Under the pieces are notes generated by a model that did no database searches, was not told the DNA's origin, and saw only the letters and a list, made by a program, of their open reading frames with translations. DNA of 64,000 nt from a virus: positions 1-64,000 of IMG/VR virus record IMGVR_UViG_3300025164_000635; one strand, 5' to 3'. Below, piece by piece: positions 8,649-15,892 of this stretch. Within the stretch, counting starts at the first letter, position 1; every line of letters begins with the position of its first letter. A program made the position numbers and the translations under genes.

Positions 8649-8677
8649 TTTATACATGAACCAAGAAGGGATGTCAA
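8649..8677 (-). promoter_or_regulatory. sigma70-type promoter, leftward
   Basis: minus strand TTGACA (8677-8672), 17-nt spacer, TATAAA (8654-8649). Confidence 0.7.
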
Positions 8678-8759
8678 GCCCCTCTCTCCAATAGTCTCAA
8701 GCGAGATGCTCAAGAAATTGGTTTAACTCAAGAACACAAGCCCTAGAAGGAGTGGAGGA

Positions 8760-9131
8760 ATGTTCAACAAAGAAAAAGCAGGCAGAATCGCACGTGGTCG
8801 CAGAATTGTCAAAGATCTGGACGATCTGATCCTGATCGTCGAGACCGATACGGCCTTTGGTCCTGATGAGTTCAGGGAGGTGCAACCCTTGATGGACAAT
8901 CTCGTCAAGGCGCGTATGTGTGCCTCCAACATCCTGCTACGCCTGGGCGATCAGACGGCTTTCCAGACTTCACCGACGATCCGAACCTTTGTTGTTCCCG
9001 GTTACGACCCAAATACCGGGGCGACCTGTCCCGATTGCGGGAAGAGAATGTTTCTCGTCCGATCCACGGCTAGTGAAGACGGGTCGAGGATTTTCAGTTG
9101 TACAGCCTGTAATAAGGAGCACATCCTATGA
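8760..9131 (+). CDS. hypothetical protein with C-terminal Zn ribbon
   Basis: CPDC...CTAC; GGAGG RBS. Confidence 0.7.
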   Translation: MFNKEKAGRIARGRRIVKDLDDLILIVETDTAFGPDEFREVQPLMDNLVKARMCASNILLRLGDQTAFQTSPTIRTFVVPGYDPNTGATCPDCGKRMFLVRSTASEDGSRIFSCTACNKEHIL

Positions 9132-9241
9132 AGCGCCTCTTACTGATCCTGCTCATCGTCTTCTTGGCTGGTTGTGGGGGCGGTGGGACAGTAGACGACA
9201 GTCCTGTTCCTGCGGGGTCGCAACTTGCCGCCGCCAAGTAG
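9128..9241 (+). CDS. small lipoprotein (37 aa; not in ORF track)
   Basis: MKRLLLILLIVFLAGC lipobox; AAGGAG RBS; ATGA overlap. Confidence 0.65.
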   Translation: MKRLLLILLIVFLAGCGGGGTVDDSPVPAGSQLAAAK

Positions 9242-10046
9242 ACCCCCCTTACGATACCACGGCGGGAAGTGGCGAATTGCATCCTGGATCATTGAATCCT
9301 TCCCGGATCATGACATCTATGTCGAGCCCTTCGGCGGCGGGATGAGTGTCTTGCTGCAAAAGACACCCTCCCGCCTGGAGGTTTACAACGACCTGGATGG
9401 GGACGTTGTGAACTTCTTCCGGGTACTCCGGGAAGATACGAGCGAGTTGCTGCGTTTGCTGCAGCTCACACCCTTCTCGCGTGCCGAGCTAGATTTGTCC
9501 TATCAGCCCTCTGCCGACCCACTGGAGAGGGCCCGGCGTTTCTACGTCCGGGCCCACCAGTCTTTCTCAGGCCCCTCGGCCCAAGTGCGATCGGGCTGGC
9601 GTTTCCAGAGAGAGAACGATTCTTGGTCAAGTATCGTTTATTTGTGGAGAGATGTCGAGCATCTTGTCGAAACTACGGGCCGCCTGAAGGATGTAGGTCT
9701 GGAGAACGATGAGGCTACGAAAGTCATCCAGCGATACGATACGCCCGATACCCTGTTCTACTGTGATCCTCCTTACCCGGCCGGTGTTCGCAGTGCCCGA
9801 TGGGGGAAAAAGGCATACCAGCACGAGATGACCAGGAAGGATCACATCCTACTGGCCGAGCTCCTGAACGATATTCAGGGCATGGCGATCGTGAGTAGCT
9901 ATCCTTCCCGGCTGTACGATCGGTTGTATGTGGGCTGGTCACTGGTGACTCATCCGGCTCGCTCCAATGGCAACCGAAACATGCTAGAGCAACTATGGAT
10001 TTCTCCAAACACACGGAAGCGGTCAAAACAGCAGCGGCTGTTCTAG
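9225..10046 (+). CDS. dam: DNA adenine methyltransferase, D12/Dam class
   Basis: PLRYHGGK, YVEPFGGG, YND, catalytic DPPY. Confidence 0.9.
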   Translation: MPPPSRPPLRYHGGKWRIASWIIESFPDHDIYVEPFGGGMSVLLQKTPSRLEVYNDLDGDVVNFFRVLREDTSELLRLLQLTPFSRAELDLSYQPSADPLERARRFYVRAHQSFSGPSAQVRSGWRFQRENDSWSSIVYLWRDVEHLVETTGRLKDVGLENDEATKVIQRYDTPDTLFYCDPPYPAGVRSARWGKKAYQHEMTRKDHILLAELLNDIQGMAIVSSYPSRLYDRLYVGWSLVTHPARSNGNRNMLEQLWISPNTRKRSKQQRLF

Positions 10047-10852
10047 CTTTCTTGGTTCTCGTCGGGATAGGTGCTCTCATTTCACCTACAGCCATAGACA
10101 TTGACCGGTTCTTCAGGCCGGCAGTCCAGGCCGTTTTTTCGGGTATTGACCCCTACCAGGTCGAGGGTTTCTTCAGTCCACCCTGGCTCATCCCGTTCCT
10201 GACCCCTCTCTTGTTACCGGATAGCCTTGGGCGTGGTCTCTTCCTGGCCCTAACCATCCTGGTGACCGTATGGGCACTTCGATGCCTGGAAGCGGACCTC
10301 CTCCCGGCAGCTCTGTTTCTCACCACGCCCTTTTGGGTGATTGAGATGATGTCCGGGAATGTGGACTGGCTCCCGCTTCTCGGTATCTCTTTGCCATTAC
10401 CCATGGGTCTACCACTGATGCTACTCAAGCCACAGTTTGCCATTGGGGTGATCTTTTTTCGCCTATGGCAGACCTGGAAGGAAGGGCAGGGCAGGGGGGT
10501 TGTCAGGGCTGTATGGCCGACTGTCCTCGTCATGGGTATATCATTTTTGATATATCCCCATTGGTTACAGTCCTTGACAGGCGCTATGTCCCCGGCCGCC
10601 CAGGCTTACGGGCTCAGGTTTTTCCCCTGGAGTGTCCCCATCGGTTTTTTCGCCTTGATTTATTCAGTCCGGGAAGGGCGCATTAAGGCTGCTTATCCGG
10701 TGGGCGTGCTTGTCAGCCCTCATGTGTCACCCTACACTTGGAATGTACTCCTCCTGAGCCTACTCCATAATCGGTTCTACATGATCGTGGCCTGGGCGCT
10801 TTCCTGGCTGTTTTGGATTGGTCTCATCCTAGTCTATGGGGGTGTTCTATGA
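9995..10852 (+). CDS. multi-pass membrane glycosyltransferase, GT87/DUF2029-like (GT-C)
   Basis: multiple hydrophobic helices; DPY...FFSPPW, GNVD, LLKPQ, SPH..PY motifs. Confidence 0.7.
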   Translation: MDFSKHTEAVKTAAAVLAFLVLVGIGALISPTAIDIDRFFRPAVQAVFSGIDPYQVEGFFSPPWLIPFLTPLLLPDSLGRGLFLALTILVTVWALRCLEADLLPAALFLTTPFWVIEMMSGNVDWLPLLGISLPLPMGLPLMLLKPQFAIGVIFFRLWQTWKEGQGRGVVRAVWPTVLVMGISFLIYPHWLQSLTGAMSPAAQAYGLRFFPWSVPIGFFALIYSVREGRIKAAYPVGVLVSPHVSPYTWNVLLLSLLHNRFYMIVAWALSWLFWIGLILVYGGVL

Positions 10853-10864
10853 GTTCGGTCTGTT

Positions 10865-10898
10865 AAAAAGAGGGTGATCATTCGATCACCCTCTTTTT
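10865..10898. terminator. bidirectional intrinsic terminator between convergent modules
   Basis: AAAAAGAGGGTGATC-ATTC-GATCACCCTCTTTTT. Confidence 0.9.
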
Positions 10899-10967
10899 CG
10901 CATATGTAAGTAAGCAGGCCGGGCTATCTAGGAGACGGCGGCATAGGGGGACCTGCCGCTGGCGGCA

Positions 10968-11423
10968 TCACCCTTTTGGGCCGGCTGCCCTCGCCTTGGC
11001 TTTGCGTACCGCGCTTGCTTCGGGAGTAATGCTGTGGACACCCTGGTTAGCGATCAGGGCAGCGATGAGTACCGTGACCACCCTGACAGCGCCGGTCGCC
11101 GAGCACTCCACAATCACAAGCCCCAAAACCGGTGTACAAGCCAGGCCGAGTATCCCGACAGAAGCAAGCACCAGAAGGCCGAGCATGATGAGTTGCTTCT
11201 GTTCCCGGTTCAGACCTGCATATCCCACATTGAGGCCCGGGATGTAACTCAGGGCCAGCGAGAGTGCCGTGCCGGCGATGGTTGCCAGGAGCTCTGGTGA
11301 GAGTTCCGGGAGTGGCGGCGGCTCGACTGGTGATTGGAAAGTCATCGGTGAGGCCATGACTCCAGAGGCGACCACACCGAGAAGAGTGACGAGCACAACG
11401 AATAGCAGGATGCGTTTCTTCAT
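10968..11423 (-). CDS. holin-like membrane protein
   Basis: start probably MKKR at 11423; about 4 hydrophobic segments, basic C-terminus; last gene of the late module. Confidence 0.55.
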   Translation of the reverse strand: MKKRILLFVVLVTLLGVVASGVMASPMTFQSPVEPPPLPELSPELLATIAGTALSLALSYIPGLNVGYAGLNREQKQLIMLGLLVLASVGILGLACTPVLGLVIVECSATGAVRVVTVLIAALIANQGVHSITPEASAVRKAKARAAGPKG

Positions 11424-11530
11424 GACAGATCTCCATGGGGGTAGGGCGAAACCGTCACCCAGGCGGACGAGAGTTTTGAACGAAATCCTTTTTATGTTTG
11501 ATGCTTGCTTAGCCGTTGATAGTATAAGGA

Positions 11531-11980
11531 TCACCCCCCTCCTTCGTCGGGTAAACTGGGGCCTGTATAGGGAAAAGCGTCCTCCCGGTCGGCATAGGGA
11601 TTGAACTCCGGTTCAAGACTCAGGGCTGGTTGTGGTGTCTCGTGAAGTGCCTGCTCCAGCAATTGGAGGACAGTCTCATCGTCTCCTTCCAGGCTTCTGA
11701 ATGTGATCACTCCCGAGTACTGGGTGTCGAACCAGTTCTGATTGATGGCCGGGGCCGGGAAGGAGCTGGCGAGCACCGCAATCACGGCTCGGCGTCCCAC
11801 GCCGGCATCGTGCGGGTTCCAGGTGAGAAGTGCTTTGTAGTTGCCCCGCACGACTGCCTTCATCACACGCAGCGACAGGCTCAGACTGACACCCGGTCCG
11901 AGAAGAACGGCGATGGGGCTCCCCGGATCTACCCGTGTATCGACGGTACCTCTTTTCTTCATGTGTTTCCTCCGCTTCAT
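11531..11980 (-). CDS. hypothetical protein
   Basis: coupled to upstream gene; 149 aa. Confidence 0.55.
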   Translation of the reverse strand: MKRRKHMKKRGTVDTRVDPGSPIAVLLGPGVSLSLSLRVMKAVVRGNYKALLTWNPHDAGVGRRAVIAVLASSFPAPAINQNWFDTQYSGVITFRSLEGDDETVLQLLEQALHETPQPALSLEPEFNPYADREDAFPYTGPSLPDEGGG

Positions 11981-12585
11981 GGATTTCCTCTTTTGATGAG
12001 TTCAATCACAACCGAGACGATGCCGGCCACTATACTACTGCCGAGAAGAGTCAGCAAGGCCACTTGGACATTAGCACGTGAGAGAATACGTGTCTTGGTG
12101 ATCTCTGTCTCGTCAGATCGGCCCTTCTGCTTTTCGACTTCTAGCCTGTCCAGCCGAAGTTTCTGGCTATCGACCAGAACCATGATCTCCCCTCTTGTGG
12201 AAGCCTGCCGTTCATCGAAATCGTCCTGAACAGCCGTTAAGGATTGCTGATAGCGAGCAATCCCATCGGCTGCTACCCTTTCGGCTCGTTCGCCCACTCG
12301 GACAGCATTGGTGAGCTGAGCCTCAATCATGGGACGTAGCTCGCCCAGAGATTTGCTGATCGTCTCAACCATTGGAGAGAGCTTTCCTAGTGCCTTCTCG
12401 ACTTCCTCAATTCGATCTCCGTGGCCATTGAACCTCTCAATGTTCTGCTCATTATAGGCACCCAAGCGATCACGTAGGTCATCCAGGCGACGTGCCAGAT
12501 CCAGGATTTGGGCGCCCGTGACTTGGTACTGTGACGTGAGTACCTTGAGCACGTGGCTCAGAGATGCATCGTCAGGTGGCATCAT
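11977..12585 (-). CDS. coiled-coil protein with a C-terminal transmembrane helix (lysis-module-like)
   Basis: heptad-rich body and a single C-terminal TM helix VALLTLLGSSIVAGIVSVVI. Confidence 0.6.
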   Translation of the reverse strand: MMPPDDASLSHVLKVLTSQYQVTGAQILDLARRLDDLRDRLGAYNEQNIERFNGHGDRIEEVEKALGKLSPMVETISKSLGELRPMIEAQLTNAVRVGERAERVAADGIARYQQSLTAVQDDFDERQASTRGEIMVLVDSQKLRLDRLEVEKQKGRSDETEITKTRILSRANVQVALLTLLGSSIVAGIVSVVIELIKRGNP

Positions 12586-13511
12586 CCCAGGTCTATCTCT
12601 GGAAGCCAGAATGCGAAAACACTTCCCTTTCCCGGCCAGCTTTTGACTTCCAACCGGCCACCGTGAATCTCAATCAAGCCCTTGACAATAGCCAGGCCAA
12701 GGCCGATCCCCTGTTGCTCACGCTTCTCACGGTCGATCTGCTCAAATGGAGTAAAGATGATCTCTATGTACTCCTGTGACAGACCTATACCGGTGTCCAC
12801 GACCTCACACCTTACACCTCGGTCTATCTCGAAGACCGAGATCTGGATCATACCCGCTTCTGTAAACTTGATTGCGTTTCCGAGAAGATGGCTGATGGCC
12901 TGTTCAATCTGCAGGCTGAATGCACAGACAGCGGGCAAATCGCTCGCAATACGAATCAAGAGTTTCAACCCTTTCCTTTCCAGAAGAGTCTGATGCTTTG
13001 GCAGGACATGATCGATAGCCACCTGCCACTCCCGAAATTCTTCTCGGTGTGCGGCATAGGCTAATTTCGCATCGCTGTATAGAATGTCGTTGAGTGATAG
13101 AAACTCATCGATCAACAACATCAATCGATCGATGCCCAGTGAGAGCTTGCCAATAAGCATCTTTCTATCAGAGCCAGTGATAGATGGATCCCGGAGAAGA
13201 TGGACGCCTCCCACCAGGAAGGTAGCGGGGGTGCGAAATTCGTGGTGAAGCATTGTAAGCGTGGATTTTCGTATTCTGTCTCGCTCCTTGCGTACTATGA
13301 TTCCTGATCGCAATCGTATCAGCAGTGTCAGGAAGAACGCGCCGATCGCAAACTGGGTAAGGTTCAGTGCCCACAGGACAAGACTCTCCTGTGCGGCACT
13401 CATGGCATAGATAATTGTTGTAGCTATCGTAAACGGAAGTGCGGCCATAACGAGGAGAGCTATGATAGTCTGGACAACCTGGATCGCACCTTCGTATGAA
13501 TATCTTCTCAT
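12582..13511 (-). CDS. membrane sensor histidine kinase (HisKA + HATPase_c)
   Basis: 2 N-terminal TM helices; H-box HEFRTP, N-box LLGNAIKF, G1 DTGIG, F-box IFTPF, G2 GIGLGLAIV, final G.GS.F. Confidence 0.92.
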   Translation of the reverse strand: MRRYSYEGAIQVVQTIIALLVMAALPFTIATTIIYAMSAAQESLVLWALNLTQFAIGAFFLTLLIRLRSGIIVRKERDRIRKSTLTMLHHEFRTPATFLVGGVHLLRDPSITGSDRKMLIGKLSLGIDRLMLLIDEFLSLNDILYSDAKLAYAAHREEFREWQVAIDHVLPKHQTLLERKGLKLLIRIASDLPAVCAFSLQIEQAISHLLGNAIKFTEAGMIQISVFEIDRGVRCEVVDTGIGLSQEYIEIIFTPFEQIDREKREQQGIGLGLAIVKGLIEIHGGRLEVKSWPGKGSVFAFWLPEIDLG

Positions 13512-13530
13512 CTCTTCCTGTCTTCCCGTT

Positions 13531-13737
13531 TCAGCCCATCATTTGAACAGCGGGTCCGTATTTCCGTCCCACGCTTTCCCCTGGCGGAGAGAGTTCTATC
13601 ATGATGAACAACTGTGTCACCTTGCGTAAGGCGGGCTGCTGATACTCAACCTGTGTGAGCAACTGCGTCACCTTACGCAAGGCGGGCTGCTGGTATTCAA
13701 TACTGGCATCGAGCTGAGTGATCCGTCGTGTGCTCAT
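13531..13737 (-). CDS. small 17-aa-repeat protein (paralog of 43743..44072)
   Basis: MSTRRITQ start; EYQQPALRKVTQL present twice. Confidence 0.65.
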   Translation of the reverse strand: MSTRRITQLDASIEYQQPALRKVTQLLTQVEYQQPALRKVTQLFIMIELSPPGESVGRKYGPAVQMMG

Positions 13738-13738
13738 G

Positions 13739-14725
13739 TCATGCTACTTTGACACCTGCCTGGAGCGCATCCAGACCGCCCTGTGTCCAGGCGGCTGCCG
13801 TGTTAGGGTCGGTCTTGAGATCGTCCCCGACGTAGCGGGCGTAAGACGTTCCGATCGGGCGTGTGGCCGAGAAGGATTCGGTCGCGCCCGACTTGACCCC
13901 AAGCTGAATCCCATCTCCGGCCGCAGTCAGTTCCCTTGCGCGTGCCTCAACCCACAAACGCAAGACAGTTTGGCCGCTTTCCAGCGTATATGTCGTCATG
14001 CCGTACAAATCCTTCTCGGTTGCCGTAGCTGACTCAACGTAGGTCGTGTCGCTGTCAGAGGGGATTTCATCCACGAGAAGGTAATTGTCTACACTATTGC
14101 CGTCATTCCCGACGAGCTGTGATGAGTCTCCGTTACCATTTGGAGTAAGCATGACCACCTTGCCGTCCCCTGGGTAGCCATCATCGACTCCGCCCGCCGT
14201 GTCGTTCAGCGCGAAATCATCTATGCGCCACACACTTGCGCCCGTGTGGAGGATGTAGATGAGATTGAATGTCGTGTCCGCTCCCGGCTTTGTATCGCCA
14301 GAGAACGTGGCGTCCACCGTTCCATCCACTTTCACTTCCAAAACACCTCCAGCGTCAGCGATCTTGATTCTCACCTCGACGAGATACCAAGTATTGAGCT
14401 GGATCGCAACGCTTCCCGTCGCGACCAGAGTTCCCGTGCTCGTGTAAAGCTGAAGATTTCCTGCGGAACTCAGACGCAGGGAGCCAAGCTCAGTGCCGCT
14501 AGCGTACCATCTCATTATTACCTGGGCTGCGATCCCGGTTGCAAAAAGCCCAAGGCGGACGTAGCCCTCGGAGATCGCCGATATACTCTTTTGTGCAGCA
14601 GTACCACCTGACTGCCAGCATCGTGATCCGCTCCGGGGCGTTGTCGTCGAGACACTCCCATTCCCGGCGACGCCCCAGAATAATGTGTCTCCTGCCTCAA
14701 AGCCTTCTGTGAAAATGCGCGTCAT
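13739..14725 (-). CDS. tail-associated beta-sandwich (LamG/ConA-like) protein
   Basis: FTEGFE start, NTWYLVEV...LEVKVDG, IDD motif; located in the tail fibre cluster. Confidence 0.6.
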   Translation of the reverse strand: MTRIFTEGFEAGDTLFWGVAGNGSVSTTTPRSGSRCWQSGGTAAQKSISAISEGYVRLGLFATGIAAQVIMRWYASGTELGSLRLSSAGNLQLYTSTGTLVATGSVAIQLNTWYLVEVRIKIADAGGVLEVKVDGTVDATFSGDTKPGADTTFNLIYILHTGASVWRIDDFALNDTAGGVDDGYPGDGKVVMLTPNGNGDSSQLVGNDGNSVDNYLLVDEIPSDSDTTYVESATATEKDLYGMTTYTLESGQTVLRLWVEARARELTAAGDGIQLGVKSGATESFSATRPIGTSYARYVGDDLKTDPNTAAAWTQGGLDALQAGVKVA

Positions 14726-14735
14726 GACAAGCCTC

Positions 14736-15890
14736 CTAGCTATAGATAACATGCACAGTCAGGTCTGAGCCTGCCGTGCTCGAGCCGATTTGATCGACAT
14801 CCACCGTCAGGTAGTCTCCATCTGCCCAGGAAGGTACCTCGATGGTCGTGCTCTCACCCTCATTCGCAGCCGCAGCAATCTGCGGCCGGTTCGATTGAGT
14901 CGTGAAAACAGTCACTCCGTTCTTATGAACGTCCACGATGATTGCAGCCCCCACAGGAGCTGTATCTACGGCCAACTTGACCTTGCTGATAGTCAGCGTT
15001 CGCCCCGTCTCGTTGTAGAAGCGCAACTTCCCGGTTGTGACGACAAGCACTCCTTCGATTGAAGACAGGAGTTGCGAGTTGAGTTTCGGTAGGTTACCGA
15101 TTTGCACTCGCTTTTTCGCGTTTGAGGCGGCGCTATCTTCAATGAGGAACAGATCCGCCGCAACCGGTGTTGTCTTCTCGGTGATCGCGGCAATCTCGCC
15201 CGCAGTGTCATCGTGAATGGCTGCTGCGTCTGTACCTCCGGGAAGGTTACCGATCTGCACTCGTTTCTTGGCGTTTGAGGCGGCGCTGTCCTCAATGAGT
15301 AACAAGTCTCCTGAAACGGGAGATGCCTTCTCGGTAATCGCGGCGATCTCACCGGCCGCGTCGTCATGGATGGCGGTTGTATCCGAGCCTCCACCGCCCG
15401 AAAATTGTGTGAATGAGAGAGCCGTTGTACCCAATGTGATAGGCGCATTAGTCGTCAGGACGAAGCCCTGATCACCATTGACTGTGCCTTCCTCGACGAA
15501 CACAAACATTCCAGGCGTAACTTCGGCGCTGGTATTGGCATCGATCGCCCGACTCCATGCTCCAGACGCAGCCACATAGATACCATTCTCTGCGCCTGCG
15601 CTTTGATCTTTGACCAGCACCCGATCCACGGCTACCACGGAAACACCATCAATTGTCTGCTCACCGGACAGTGTGATGTTAGCTGTCGTCGCGGCCCGCA
15701 CGGAGTCTTTTACGTCGGCCAATGAGAATGAGCCGGGTGCCGGCTCGCAGTCCTCCCAGGAAGAGCCGGTATCGCGCTGCCATTTCTCGTTTGTCGTATC
15801 GTAGAAAATCCGCCCTGGCGTGCCTGCCGCAGGCCGGTTCGCCGCCGTATCACGCAAGATGAGATCTTCCAGGTTGGCTGAGGTGGGCAT
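14736..15890 (-). CDS. tail fibre protein
   Basis: VKDSVRAATTANITLSG.QTIDGV...DRVLVKDQ...ENGIY fibre motif; two ~50-aa internal repeats (AIHDD.AGEIAAITEK...KKRVQIGNLP). Confidence 0.75.
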   Translation of the reverse strand: MPTSANLEDLILRDTAANRPAAGTPGRIFYDTTNEKWQRDTGSSWEDCEPAPGSFSLADVKDSVRAATTANITLSGEQTIDGVSVVAVDRVLVKDQSAGAENGIYVAASGAWSRAIDANTSAEVTPGMFVFVEEGTVNGDQGFVLTTNAPITLGTTALSFTQFSGGGGSDTTAIHDDAAGEIAAITEKASPVSGDLLLIEDSAASNAKKRVQIGNLPGGTDAAAIHDDTAGEIAAITEKTTPVAADLFLIEDSAASNAKKRVQIGNLPKLNSQLLSSIEGVLVVTTGKLRFYNETGRTLTISKVKLAVDTAPVGAAIIVDVHKNGVTVFTTQSNRPQIAAAANEGESTTIEVPSWADGDYLTVDVDQIGSSTAGSDLTVHVIYS

Positions 15891-15892
15891 AG

